Sequence record: PZ445410.1
Origin: a phage
DNA: 51,474 nucleotides
Direction: 5' to 3' (one strand)
Notes under the pieces: model-generated
Databases searched by the model: none
Told to the model about the DNA's origin: nothing
What the model saw: the letters and a program-made list of their open reading frames with translations, nothing else
Program-made: the position numbers and the translations under genes
Shown here: positions 27,360 to 36,666 of the stretch, in pieces
How positions within the stretch are numbered: position 1 is the stretch's first letter
Layout of the letters: each line of letters opens with the position of its first letter

Positions 27360-27373
27360 CTTACATGTAAGTT
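27360..27373. promoter_or_regulatory. perfect 14-bp palindrome ACTTACATGTAAGT (operator-like)
   Basis: Perfect dyad 55 nt upstream of the exonuclease promoter -35. Confidence 0.35.
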
Positions 27374-27427
27374 TTGTTATCAAAGATGTCTAGAACGTTG
27401 TTAGAACAGAAAAAACAAAATAACTAT

Positions 27428-27455
27428 TGACTAAACGCATCAAATAGCTACAATG
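27428..27455 (+). promoter_or_regulatory. sigma70-type promoter (TTGACT, 16 nt, TACAAT)
   Basis: Near-consensus hexamers; A/T-rich upstream region. Confidence 0.55.
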
Positions 27456-27483
27456 CAGACATACCAACCAATGAGGGCAAATC

Positions 27484-28545
27484 ATGAATAAGTTTATGGC
27501 GTACACCAGCGAAGAAATGAGCAACGAGCTTTATCACAATCCAGAAGCGTGGACTGCTGATTATGTTAGCGGTTCAAGCCTGGCAGAGATTTACAGCACA
27601 TGCCCGGCAGCGTGGAAGTTCAAGCCGCGTGACGACAAGAGCAAGGCGCTAGTTTTTGGTACGCAGTCGCATACCAATTTTGAAAGCAAGGAGCTTTTCG
27701 AAAAAACCTATCGCCGTGCGCCAGCGCCAGAAGACTTTAAGGATCTGATAACCAGCCAAACGGCGCTTGCTGCAAAGCTAAAATCATTTGGCCTGAAAGG
27801 TACAACAGGAAAGACTTACCCTGAACTTATAAAAATGTTGGTTGACTGCGGAGAAGACCTTAACGTCATGTGGTTAATCGACATGATCGCAGAAAGTCAA
27901 GCCAGGGCCGATGGGGTTCAGTTAATCGAAGCTAAAGATTACGATGCGTGCGTGGCAATGCGCCAGGTTCTGGAATCAATACCGGAACATAACGCATGTA
28001 TGAATAGCAAGACGGCACAACGTGAATTATCGTTATTCGGTGAAATCAACGGCGTAAAAGTCAAAGTGCGATGCGATCACGTTGACGTAACAAAGAACGT
28101 GACAGCAACTCTTATTGATGGTTACGATGAAAAAGGTCAGCCGATTTGCCGCGATATTATTTATCCAGAAGCTATTGTGATCACTGACTACAAAACAACA
28201 ATGAGCGCTAATCCGGTTGAGTTTATGCGCCTGGCTTACAATCACGGCTATTATTTGAAAATGGCGTTGCAATGTGATTTATTCAGAAAAGCGTATCCAG
28301 AAGAAAAGCGACCTATAGTTGTGCGACTGTTAGCGCAAGAGAAGAAAGAGCCTTATTTGCCGTTGGCTTTTCGCATGAATAGCGAGCAATTAAAGATCGG
28401 GCGCATTCAGTACATGAGCGTGATTAACCAGTTTGCCATGTGCCAGCAGCATGACGTTTGGCCTTCGTATTCAAACGGTGAGCCGGAGGTTTGCCTTGAT
28501 ACTCCTGATTGGGTGCGCCGCCAGTTTAAGCAATATCTTATTTAA
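27484..28545 (+). CDS. RecB-family PD-(D/E)XK exonuclease (recombination exonuclease)
   Basis: RCDHVDV and VITDYKTT nuclease motifs; followed by Erf-like and SSB genes. Confidence 0.6.
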   Translation: MNKFMAYTSEEMSNELYHNPEAWTADYVSGSSLAEIYSTCPAAWKFKPRDDKSKALVFGTQSHTNFESKELFEKTYRRAPAPEDFKDLITSQTALAAKLKSFGLKGTTGKTYPELIKMLVDCGEDLNVMWLIDMIAESQARADGVQLIEAKDYDACVAMRQVLESIPEHNACMNSKTAQRELSLFGEINGVKVKVRCDHVDVTKNVTATLIDGYDEKGQPICRDIIYPEAIVITDYKTTMSANPVEFMRLAYNHGYYLKMALQCDLFRKAYPEEKRPIVVRLLAQEKKEPYLPLAFRMNSEQLKIGRIQYMSVINQFAMCQQHDVWPSYSNGEPEVCLDTPDWVRRQFKQYLI

Positions 28546-28626
28546 ACAGCACAAATAGCTAAACAAATGAAAAATGCGGTGTTATAATTCACAGCATAAG
28601 TTAACAGTAAACGAGAGGAAATAAAT

Positions 28627-28908
28627 ATGGAAAACAATAAATCAGTATCAGCGGTAGCAGTTCACATCAATAATTTTGCCACTGGCATGGCTATGTTGCT
28701 TCGTGATTTTGTAGCGCCGCTTGACCCAACGGCAGGCGCAGAAGAAATGGAGTACATCAGAAAAGTAATGGATGCAGTCGATAACGTCATACTTATTGCA
28801 ACAATGAGCGAAGACAACGAGGAAGCAATCAAGGCGGTAAAAGAAAGTTCCGATCGCATGATGGAAAATCTGATTAAATTACACACCAAAGAAGAAACAA
28901 AACATTAA
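28627..28908 (+). CDS. hypothetical protein (93 aa)
   Basis: ORF with GAGAGGAAATAAAT RBS. Confidence 0.5.
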   Translation: MENNKSVSAVAVHINNFATGMAMLLRDFVAPLDPTAGAEEMEYIRKVMDAVDNVILIATMSEDNEEAIKAVKESSDRMMENLIKLHTKEETKH

Positions 28909-28953
28909 CAGCAATAAGGCGGCGAAAGCCGCCATTAATTACGGGAATTAATC

Positions 28954-29610
28954 ATGAAACTATCAGAGCAATTCGACAAGGTTTTACCAGCACTGCATAA
29001 GGCGCGTAGTTTGTTTGTAAAGGTGAAGAAGGATAAGCAAAATACGCACCTTAAAAACCGTTACGCAACACTTGATGCCGTACTTGATGCAATCACTCCA
29101 GCATTGAACGATAACGAGCTAATGTTGATGCAGGATATGATTGAAAGCGAACAACCTAACAGAATCAAGGTTGAGACAACAGTTCTTCATGTTTCTGGTC
29201 AGTGGGTTAAATTTTACGCAGAGCTACCAATCGTCAAAAACGATCCTCAAGGCGTCGGATCTGCATTCACATACGCGCGTCGTTATGCAGCCGCAGCAGC
29301 ATTTGGCTTAAGCCAGGCAGACGATGATGCACAAATTGCTGTTAAATCTGCAAACGACTGGAAACGTGACATTGAGAAATGCGAGAGCGTAAACGAATTG
29401 CAAGAAGTGCTAAAATCAGCATGGAAGGCAAGCGATCCGGCAAGCAAGCAGGTAATTAAAGAGCATTACGAAAAGCGCAAGGCAGAGCTTGAGATCGGCA
29501 AAGCACGAGGATTTAATCCAGCGCAACCAAAGCAAAATCTTGCCTCGCCAGAAGTTGACACAAAAAACGACGAGCAAGTAAAATCACAAAGTATCACTGA
29601 TTTTGAATAA
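28954..29610 (+). CDS. ERF-family single-strand annealing protein (putative)
   Basis: [12 protein letters not shown] motif as recalled for Erf proteins; between exonuclease and SSB. Confidence 0.55.
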   Translation: MKLSEQFDKVLPALHKARSLFVKVKKDKQNTHLKNRYATLDAVLDAITPALNDNELMLMQDMIESEQPNRIKVETTVLHVSGQWVKFYAELPIVKNDPQGVGSAFTYARRYAAAAAFGLSQADDDAQIAVKSANDWKRDIEKCESVNELQEVLKSAWKASDPASKQVIKEHYEKRKAELEIGKARGFNPAQPKQNLASPEVDTKNDEQVKSQSITDFE

Positions 29611-29654
29611 TTGACATGGGGCGCTTGCGCCCCTTTCTTACAGGAGTATAAAAC

Positions 29655-30107
29655 ATGCATATTATTACTGGTGAGATCCGAAAAGAGCCGCGAGTAAAGC
29701 AAATGCCTAACGGCAGCACACTTTATGTAGTTGAACTTCCAGAGCGATACAAAGATAAAGATGGAAACTGGCAATATACAAACTACAGTTTCTTTTTTAA
29801 TGCTAAAACAGAAGGTATTAAGGGTTGGTATGATGAGGCGTTCCAGGTTGGCAAGGTTATTTCTGTATCTTGCGACACTCTGCGCATTGAAACGCGAGAA
29901 TACAACGGAAAGATGTATTCAAGTTTAATGCCAGGAGGATTTGCAAATCTTATCTTCAGTCAGCGCGGGGAAAGCCAGCAACAATATCAGCAGCGAACGC
30001 AATGGGGATGGGGCCAACCACAACAACAGAATCAACCGCAACAACCGCAACAGCCAAGACAAAGCAATCAGCCACCTATGGATTTTGACGACGACATCCC
30101 TTTTTGA
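29655..30107 (+). CDS. ssb: single-stranded DNA-binding protein
   Basis: OB-fold-like N-terminal region, Gln/Pro-rich linker, C-terminal tip DFDDDIPF as in E. coli SSB. Confidence 0.85.
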   Translation: MHIITGEIRKEPRVKQMPNGSTLYVVELPERYKDKDGNWQYTNYSFFFNAKTEGIKGWYDEAFQVGKVISVSCDTLRIETREYNGKMYSSLMPGGFANLIFSQRGESQQQYQQRTQWGWGQPQQQNQPQQPQQPRQSNQPPMDFDDDIPF

Positions 30108-30111
30108 TCAG

Positions 30112-30136
30112 TAAAGGGGCATTACGCCCCTTTTTC
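30112..30136. terminator. bidirectional intrinsic terminator
   Basis: AGGGGC-ATTAC-GCCCCT flanked by A/T runs. Confidence 0.65.
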
Positions 30137-30379
30137 ACCCTCAGCCATCCCAAGAACAGCAATCACCTTAACAGCAATTCGCTTTGCAAGTTCAGTTTGA
30201 TGAGCGTTCAGCTTTCCAGTGGTCATTATTGACAACATTCCGCTCATACTTCCAAGCCCGTTAAAATCTGACATTGCCGATTTCATGATTGATATTGGTG
30301 AGTGACCCTCATCAGCTATTGTGTGCGCTCTCTCTGACAGGTCTTTAACTACCTGAGCAATTCCTTCACTTTTCGTCAT
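30122..30379 (-). CDS. hypothetical protein (85 aa)
   Basis: ORF, last gene of a minus-strand operon. Confidence 0.45.
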   Translation of the reverse strand: MTKSEGIAQVVKDLSERAHTIADEGHSPISIMKSAMSDFNGLGSMSGMLSIMTTGKLNAHQTELAKRIAVKVIAVLGMAEGEKGA

Positions 30380-30857
30380 TTGCTTTTCCTTCAGGAGTTG
30401 ATTGCTGTTCTGGCATTACAGGCCACGGGCTAATTGATTCCCTTTCTGCTACTGGCTTTTCAGGTTCAATTCCTAAAAACTTTCCTACAAACTCACCAAC
30501 AAAATTTGAGCTATCGCTTACATAAACATGCATCCTGTCTAGATCTGCAACAGTAACGCTATTTGGTGCGATCATGATCCTCTGTTGGTGAAAACCGATA
30601 TACATCACATTAGCCGGACGCTCAAGAGTCCCCATATTTGGCGCAATTACGCCCATTATCCAACAATAATGAATGTTGCCATCAAGCGGCTCACATCCAG
30701 CGTTAAGCCAGTTTACTTTCTGGTGAGGAAACGCCATTGATGAATCAGTAGCATCACGCCGTAACGACCATTTAACTCCGCCAATCTCAATGATTTGTTT
30801 CGGCCTCATCCCGTTGAATTGAGTCACGCCAGCGCCATTTTGATTAATGTTTTGCAT
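30366..30857 (-). CDS. hypothetical protein (163 aa)
   Basis: ORF. Confidence 0.5.
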   Translation of the reverse strand: MQNINQNGAGVTQFNGMRPKQIIEIGGVKWSLRRDATDSSMAFPHQKVNWLNAGCEPLDGNIHYCWIMGVIAPNMGTLERPANVMYIGFHQQRIMIAPNSVTVADLDRMHVYVSDSSNFVGEFVGKFLGIEPEKPVAERESISPWPVMPEQQSTPEGKANDEK

Positions 30858-30871
30858 ATCGGTTAACCTTT

Positions 30872-31195
30872 TTACATTGATTTCATTTTACGCAATGCGC
30901 AGATACAAGCGGCAGCAAGATCGGTTAATTCTTTCTCAATGCCATGATGCGAGCCGTCTGCCTTTTCGGTCATTAGCTCTTTGTATTCCATTTCTACAAT
31001 CGACATTAAGCCGCCTGGCTTGTCAATGTGCGCGTCCCAGGTTTTAGGATAGTGCTTAGTTCTTTCCATAACACTTCCCATAACTGAATCATGTTTGCTA
31101 TCTCGCTCATAATCATCATCATGATCATCACTCCCGATTGAAACTCGCGGCAAATGAATGCGCGGTATTTTATAGCCAGCATAACGGATCTTCAT
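30872..31195 (-). CDS. hypothetical protein (107 aa); weak MazG-like resemblance
   Basis: GAGGGTGAGATA RBS; EMEYKEL...IEKELTDL pattern; preceded by a hairpin. Confidence 0.45.
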   Translation of the reverse strand: MKIRYAGYKIPRIHLPRVSIGSDDHDDDYERDSKHDSVMGSVMERTKHYPKTWDAHIDKPGGLMSIVEMEYKELMTEKADGSHHGIEKELTDLAAACICALRKMKSM

Positions 31196-31244
31196 TATCT
31201 CACCCTCTTGATGAAAAGCGCCCCGAAAGGCGCTTGATTTATTA

Positions 31245-31946
31245 TCAGCCGCAACAGCCAGTAGGCGGAGTCTGAGGAGTAGGCAACTTGAAGTTTACCA
31301 ATTGCTCTACCTGGTTGATTTTGCAATTCAGTGCGGCGGTCTGGTTTGCCTGAGATAGAGCAAAACGCGCTTCCTGCAACTGAGCTTTCATATCGCAAAT
31401 CAAAACAGCCTGAGAATCAGCAAACTGTTGACGAATCAGATCTCGCGTTGCGTTACCTTGTCGCTCAATGTTCAGGTTAGTCTCGCAGCAACATCTTTCG
31501 GCTGCAATCTGCGCCTGATAGGAACGCTCAAGAGCATTAACATCAGCAGCATTAATCGCAGCAACTGTCTGGTTAGTACCGCTAACAATCGCGGTATTCA
31601 GTCCGGCAAAACCTTGCACCGATGCAAGCAGGCTTTGCGTATTCTGGCTGGTAATGCCGTTAAATGTTGATGCGGCGGAGCGCTCAACGGTAAGGTTTGT
31701 GGAGTTTTGGCCTTGCAGAGTTTGCAGCCCCAGGTTGTTTACGCCTGTCTGGATGTTATTAATACCATCAAGAACAGCGTTAGCACCGACAGCAACAGCA
31801 GCACCATCACCACCATAACCACCACGACCATTAAAGCCATTACCAAACCAAGACCCAATCAGGCCACCAACAGCACCGCCAAGACCAGCCGCGCCAGCTT
31901 CGCCACCAAAACCACCACCAGTAGGGAGTAAAGTCATATCTGACAT
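31245..31946 (-). CDS. glycine-zipper protein with Cys-rich C-terminus (233 aa)
   Basis: N-terminal GGGFGGEAGAAGLGGAVGGLIG; Q/N/T-rich middle; CCCE and terminal TGCCG; own AT-rich upstream region. Confidence 0.5.
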   Translation of the reverse strand: MSDMTLLPTGGGFGGEAGAAGLGGAVGGLIGSWFGNGFNGRGGYGGDGAAVAVGANAVLDGINNIQTGVNNLGLQTLQGQNSTNLTVERSAASTFNGITSQNTQSLLASVQGFAGLNTAIVSGTNQTVAAINAADVNALERSYQAQIAAERCCCETNLNIERQGNATRDLIRQQFADSQAVLICDMKAQLQEARFALSQANQTAALNCKINQVEQLVNFKLPTPQTPPTGCCG

Positions 31947-32115
31947 AGTAAATTCCTCTTTGACGTTAAAAAAATTAAAAAAAAGTTTGTAACATTTGCG
32001 TTACGACAAATAGTATGCGCCTAACTGTCAGGAATAGATATAAAGAATTTGTAAGCGATATGTCAGCAACTGGCATAAAGGCGAAAAAAGGCGCAGCCTG
32101 AGCCGCGCCTTGTGA

Positions 32116-32793
32116 TTAAATGTTGTTATTTTTTATTGATTCAATTTGGCTTTTTAATTGCTCTATTTCTTCTTTCATCCGTTTCACATGATGAATTAGC
32201 GGAACAACCAAACGCTCATACATAACGCCTTCTGCAACCATGCCATTGCTTGAGGCGATTTCTGGATCATCACCTTCTTGTAATGGCCTCCAGTGAACGT
32301 ATTCAGACGCAATCTCTCCAACTTCTTCGGCGATCAGTCCATACCAACCCCAATCTTTTCTGTCATTCTCGCAAATCGACCGATACCAGACAGGACGCAT
32401 GTCAAACATTCGATCTGCATATTCATCCATAACAGTTTCAACAGATCTTTTGTATCTTTCGGAAGACGTTGAACGAAGAACGCTTGACACTGCGGCATCT
32501 GGATTGAGATACAAGTTTGCGCCAGCGGTTGTTGTTCCAAGTCTAAAAAAGTAAACGGCCTCTTGTGCTGTTAATGGGTAAAAGTTTCCGCTATGTGTTC
32601 CGCCCTCTAATTCATTTGAAAGCTCGCTTTTCTTCATGTACGTCTTTAACTTGTTGTCAACGTCAGAGCTTGATGGCTTTGTGTTAACTTCTTGCTGCAA
32701 CGTGGAAACATTGCCTTGCAACGTGGAAACATTGCCTTTTAAAGCAGTTATATCAGCCGGAATATTTGTTACGGTAGCCATGATTAAGCCCAC
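32116..32793 (-). CDS. short tail-fibre-like protein carrying a C-terminal S74 intramolecular-chaperone domain
   Basis: SSERYKRSVE (compare SDERLK-type cleavage motif), WGWYGLIAEEVGEI and terminal coiled coil resemble the fibre chaperone domain as I recall it; only ~110 aa precede it. Confidence 0.5.
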   Translation of the reverse strand: MGLIMATVTNIPADITALKGNVSTLQGNVSTLQQEVNTKPSSSDVDNKLKTYMKKSELSNELEGGTHSGNFYPLTAQEAVYFFRLGTTTAGANLYLNPDAAVSSVLRSTSSERYKRSVETVMDEYADRMFDMRPVWYRSICENDRKDWGWYGLIAEEVGEIASEYVHWRPLQEGDDPEIASSNGMVAEGVMYERLVVPLIHHVKRMKEEIEQLKSQIESIKNNNI

Positions 32794-33062
32794 TCCCTAA
32801 GTTTTTGATCCGTCACAACGGTTCTGCTATTGAATAATTTCGCATCGTAATTATCATTAATGATGCGAGCGTTCACAAAATAACCATCATTTTTCTCTAC
32901 AATTTCCTCTCCTTCTTCCGTTACAGATACAACAGTGTAAGTGTTCCCGATAACGTCGAGAAGAATTGCATCCTGAATGGATTCGTTTTCGTTCCATTCA
33001 ATTTCTTCAAGAAAGGCAGAAAACTCTGCCTTGTCTGCAAATTTCAGTGTTAAATCTCTCAT
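32784..33062 (-). CDS. hypothetical protein (92 aa), possible fibre assembly factor
   Basis: ORF coupled between fibre gene and S74-domain gene. Confidence 0.4.
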   Translation of the reverse strand: MRDLTLKFADKAEFSAFLEEIEWNENESIQDAILLDVIGNTYTVVSVTEEGEEIVEKNDGYFVNARIINDNYDAKLFNSRTVVTDQKLREWA

Positions 33063-35017
33063 TATACAATTTCCCCCAATTGATGATCTGTTAATGCCTT
33101 ATGCCAGATCCTAAAGTTTCTAATGTGTCCAAACAAATGGCGCTCTCCAGTTCCTGTTTGTCCGCCAAACCTGATATTTTTATCTCCTGTTACGCCTATG
33201 TAATCGCAGTATGAATCAGACACTGCTATAGCATTGGTGACAACATGAAATTTGCCATCAGATTTTGCAATGCATCCAAAAGTGGATTTTTTTGCAAACA
33301 CATCAGATGCCGCGCTATTAATATATGCCCCAGCAGGCGTTGATAAACTCATGTATAATTTTCCACTTCCTCTATTTATTGCCGCAATTGCTGATTGACC
33401 AGTATTTGCAGCAGCTATATCCCAAACACGAGGGGCAGAATTTGGAGCAACATCCCAACACTTACTAACCTCAAGCAAAAAAGTAAACGGCAATTTATAT
33501 AGGTTGTTTTTTGTTGGAATGCTAACAAGATCGCTAGCTCTCGTTGTTGGCATTGAAGTTATAATAAATGACGATGCTGTATTTCCAAGTTCAATTTGCG
33601 GCGTAGCCATCGTTAACGTTGAATCAGAATAAAATGGTTCGTTGTTAATTTTATTAGTCATGTAAAATGCACAATTAACAGTGTCAACATTTGTATTGGC
33701 TGTATATGTCGCTTGATAATACATCCATTCGCCATCCTGTTCCACTTTAGCGGTTATAAGTGAAGTGTCTCCACTTACCGATGCAACCAAAGTATCAAGA
33801 TCCAAATAAGAATCAGCAGAAAATGTATCTACTCCATCAATAATTGTAGACACTCGAAGCCTGCATCTTGCTTTAGCACCTTTAACCCTACAAGAAAAGG
33901 TGAAACTTTCACCTGACACCAAAGGGAATCTATCGGCTGTAACAACTCCATGAACGGTATAACCTCCAGTAGTACCAACAATACTTTCTACAGGGGTGAC
34001 TGTAGCGTAGTTAAAACCACGATCATCCGTTCCGAAAGTTTTATTTAAAGAAGAATGAATAGTCCAAGAATCTGTTTTATTTGAGTTTCTTAGATAGTTA
34101 GTTCTTTGCCCTTCGATTAAAAGACCTTCTTTTTCAAAACGAGGTTCGTCAATCTCCGCAACAGTCAATACACCTGATTTGTTAATATAAGTTGCTGTTG
34201 AAGCGCGTGAAAATGTAACTACTTTATCTGTTGGCATAGTTATAACATCATTACCAACTGTTATTTTTTTGTAACCAGGTGCAAAGCCTGTAATCATCTC
34301 AAGAGAATCATTAAACGGTATCCACACGTCGGGCAGCGGTTGCAATAAATCTTTGTAAGGTTCTGCGGCCTGCCTTGCGTATTCCTCCGCTTGATCTCGC
34401 GCACTTTCAGCTCCTGCCTTTGCAGTGTTCGCAGCGTTACGCGCGGATTCAGCGCCAGACTTTGCTGTTTCAGCGCCAGTCTTTGCAGTGTTTGCAGCGT
34501 CGCGCGCGGATTCAGCAGCGGTCTTTGCAGTATCAGCGCCTTTCTTGCTGTTTTCTGCATTTGTTGCGCTTTTCTTCGCGTTATTCTCGCTAGTTTTAGC
34601 GGCCTTCTGGCTTGCTGCGGCCGCAGCAGCATCGCTCTTTACGTCAGCCTGTATCTGTTGAAGTTTATCCCAATCAAATGTTTCGATGATCTCAATGAAT
34701 CTGGCAAATTCAGTTTCTTTACCCTGGTAATATCGCAGTGTTTCAGCGACATCTTGCGCCAGGCCATCAACAGTTATTGAATCATGAAGCATGATCAGAT
34801 AGTTTGTCTTTGCTACAACAGCGCCGCCAGTAGTAATGGCGCGAATGCTTGTGTCGCTAATAACCTCAGTGATTACAGCGGCTTGCATTGGATTTGTTAA
34901 GAAAAATATTGTTGCACCAGGGCGAATGAGTGTTAGCTGTTCGCGCCATTTTGTGCCGTATCCAGTTATATAACCTTGCGCGTCCATTGACGCCTGTCCG
35001 GTTCTGTAAATTGCCAT
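33062..35017 (-). CDS. side tail fibre protein
   Basis: T7 gp17-like N-terminal virion-attachment region, Ala-rich tandem repeats, C-terminal lectin-like region; GGGAG RBS at chosen ATG. Confidence 0.65.
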   Translation of the reverse strand: MAIYRTGQASMDAQGYITGYGTKWREQLTLIRPGATIFFLTNPMQAAVITEVISDTSIRAITTGGAVVAKTNYLIMLHDSITVDGLAQDVAETLRYYQGKETEFARFIEIIETFDWDKLQQIQADVKSDAAAAAASQKAAKTSENNAKKSATNAENSKKGADTAKTAAESARDAANTAKTGAETAKSGAESARNAANTAKAGAESARDQAEEYARQAAEPYKDLLQPLPDVWIPFNDSLEMITGFAPGYKKITVGNDVITMPTDKVVTFSRASTATYINKSGVLTVAEIDEPRFEKEGLLIEGQRTNYLRNSNKTDSWTIHSSLNKTFGTDDRGFNYATVTPVESIVGTTGGYTVHGVVTADRFPLVSGESFTFSCRVKGAKARCRLRVSTIIDGVDTFSADSYLDLDTLVASVSGDTSLITAKVEQDGEWMYYQATYTANTNVDTVNCAFYMTNKINNEPFYSDSTLTMATPQIELGNTASSFIITSMPTTRASDLVSIPTKNNLYKLPFTFLLEVSKCWDVAPNSAPRVWDIAAANTGQSAIAAINRGSGKLYMSLSTPAGAYINSAASDVFAKKSTFGCIAKSDGKFHVVTNAIAVSDSYCDYIGVTGDKNIRFGGQTGTGERHLFGHIRNFRIWHKALTDHQLGEIV

Positions 35018-35073
35018 GCGTTTTCTCCCATGTTGTATGTTAATGTCAATGCAGATAATAGCATTTGACAAGG

Positions 35074-35098
35074 CAAAAAAAAACCCCGCAATGCGGGG
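35074..35098 (-). terminator. intrinsic terminator (minus strand)
   Basis: CCCCGC-AAT-GCGGGG preceded on the plus strand by A9. Confidence 0.65.
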
Positions 35099-35115
35099 TA
35101 AAGTAGCAGTGACAT

Positions 35116-36048
35116 TTAGAGAATTGATTCAGGTTTGAAAACCTTCCTCTCTATCCCTTGCCTGTAATTATCATTAATCGGCATCATAATTTCAAGTCCT
35201 CTTTCCTCGGCAGCAATGATCGCGTCACGGTCTGTACTCTTACAGACAACTCTCATTCTTCTGTTTCCCTTATACCTGTAAGCCACAATCTCAATGTTAG
35301 TTGCATCAAAGCAGGCCCAGACCTCTTGACCAGTTGCAAGGTGGATGTGTTGCGCATCAATCCAGTCAACGCAAAGATAGATCGTCTTATCTGTACTTCC
35401 TGTTCTCACAATCGACCCTCGCGTGTAGTCCTTTGCGAGAAAAGACTGATTGCCGTCTTCATCAATGAAAAGCACATTGCACATTTCATCATCAATCTCA
35501 TCTGAGTGTACCAGGTGACACGGTAACGCGTGAATGTATCGGCCATCTTTTACGCCGCAATCATAATGACCATCTTCAGGCGGGTATATTCCTTCATATG
35601 TGCTTAACGGCGTGCGATCAAATTTTAGTGTTTTTGACATAACGCGCTCGCAGCATTCATGGCTTGCCTGTTTCCCAAACGAATAACCAGAATCACGAGA
35701 TACTCGCTTATTTGCCTTGATCCTATAGTCCTGCGGAACTTTTCCAAGAAAACGGCCCAAAATATTGATCACTTCGCTGTAAGGTTCTCCGGTTAGCTTC
35801 ATGATCCAACCAATTCCGGTATCATTACCGCACACGTTGCAGATCGCACCGCCATCGCCTTTTTTATCGCCAAGTTTATCCGTCCATCTGAAGCGATCCT
35901 TTCCGCCGCAGTGTGGGCAAGATTGATGCTTTCCGTTAAAAACTTCATTTGGAAGACCGCAAATACTTTGTAGCGCCTCACGCCACAATCCTTGCATATA
36001 TGGGAGAACATCTTCCTTTTGATAAACCATAAAGTTTTCGTTATTCAT
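35116..36048 (-). CDS. DNA primase (zinc-binding)
   Basis: CPHCGG...CNVCG zinc-binding motif; acidic DEIDDE / DEDG region; GAGGTG RBS. Confidence 0.6.
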   Translation of the reverse strand: MNNENFMVYQKEDVLPYMQGLWREALQSICGLPNEVFNGKHQSCPHCGGKDRFRWTDKLGDKKGDGGAICNVCGNDTGIGWIMKLTGEPYSEVINILGRFLGKVPQDYRIKANKRVSRDSGYSFGKQASHECCERVMSKTLKFDRTPLSTYEGIYPPEDGHYDCGVKDGRYIHALPCHLVHSDEIDDEMCNVLFIDEDGNQSFLAKDYTRGSIVRTGSTDKTIYLCVDWIDAQHIHLATGQEVWACFDATNIEIVAYRYKGNRRMRVVCKSTDRDAIIAAEERGLEIMMPINDNYRQGIERKVFKPESIL

Positions 36049-36103
36049 ATACACCTCAAACAAAAAAGCCTGACAGATGATAACATCATGCCAGGCATTG
36101 TTT

Positions 36104-36577
36104 TTAGCAATTAGTGCTTTCAGGTTTATACAGGAATCCGCCAGGTTCATAATCTGACATTCTTACCACTCGCAACATTTCACGCTTATCACATCTCTTT
36201 GTGAGCGGTTTGCCATTGGAATCAAATCGCAGGTCTGGACGACAGAATGATGCGCGATAGCCTTGACATCCATATTTTTTGTAATCGTTATGCACCTTTT
36301 GAGCGCCAGCGGCTGAAATCATACCGCGAACGCGCCACTGATTTACAGTTTGCTGGCTAACGTTAAGACGTTTTGCCATTGCTGACACGCTTCCGTAATA
36401 CTCAATAAGGATGTCAAGTCGCGCTTTTAGTCCGGCGCGCACTTCATCTTTTAAAACATAGTATCCCGTAGGGCGCTTGCGCTTCTTCTTATCCTTTCCT
36501 CTTCGAGTTCCGTTATTGCCATTAATTGTGCGCTTGTCAATCTTGCCTGTTGATACTGCGATTCGTTGCTCTTTCAT
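36104..36577 (-). CDS. HTH DNA-binding protein (Cro/YdaS-like)
   Basis: SVSAMAKRLNVSQQTVNQWRVRG helix-turn-helix; basic N-terminus; divergent from helicase gene. Confidence 0.5.
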   Translation of the reverse strand: MKEQRIAVSTGKIDKRTINGNNGTRRGKDKKKRKRPTGYYVLKDEVRAGLKARLDILIEYYGSVSAMAKRLNVSQQTVNQWRVRGMISAAGAQKVHNDYKKYGCQGYRASFCRPDLRFDSNGKPLTKRCDKREMLRVVRMSDYEPGGFLYKPESTNC

Positions 36578-36591
36578 TATTCATTCTCCAA

Positions 36592-36633
36592 TAGCATTTT
36601 TTGTTAAACGATGATTTAATGATTGTGTATTAT
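36592..36633 (+). promoter_or_regulatory. TAGCAC-box variant (TAGCATTTTTTGTTAAACG) with TATTAT
   Basis: Motif at canonical spacing upstream of helicase. Confidence 0.45.
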
Positions 36634-36666
36634 ACACGCCAAATGGCATTACTCAAAGGTTTTAGA

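Noticed and set aside
34391-34780. Plus-strand ORFs (34375..34593, 34391..34780, 34425..34661) and minus ORF 34294..34632 over the fibre gene
   Set aside because: They sit on the Ala-rich tandem-repeat region of the minus-strand tail fibre gene; repeat-driven open frames, not independent genes.
36601-36666. Upstream TTG/ATG starts for the helicase (also 35071 for the fibre, 48431 for ORF 48126..)
   Set aside because: These track starts use non-ATG codons or lack an RBS and overlap promoter elements; downstream ATGs with RBSs were preferred, though the longer forms cannot be excluded.
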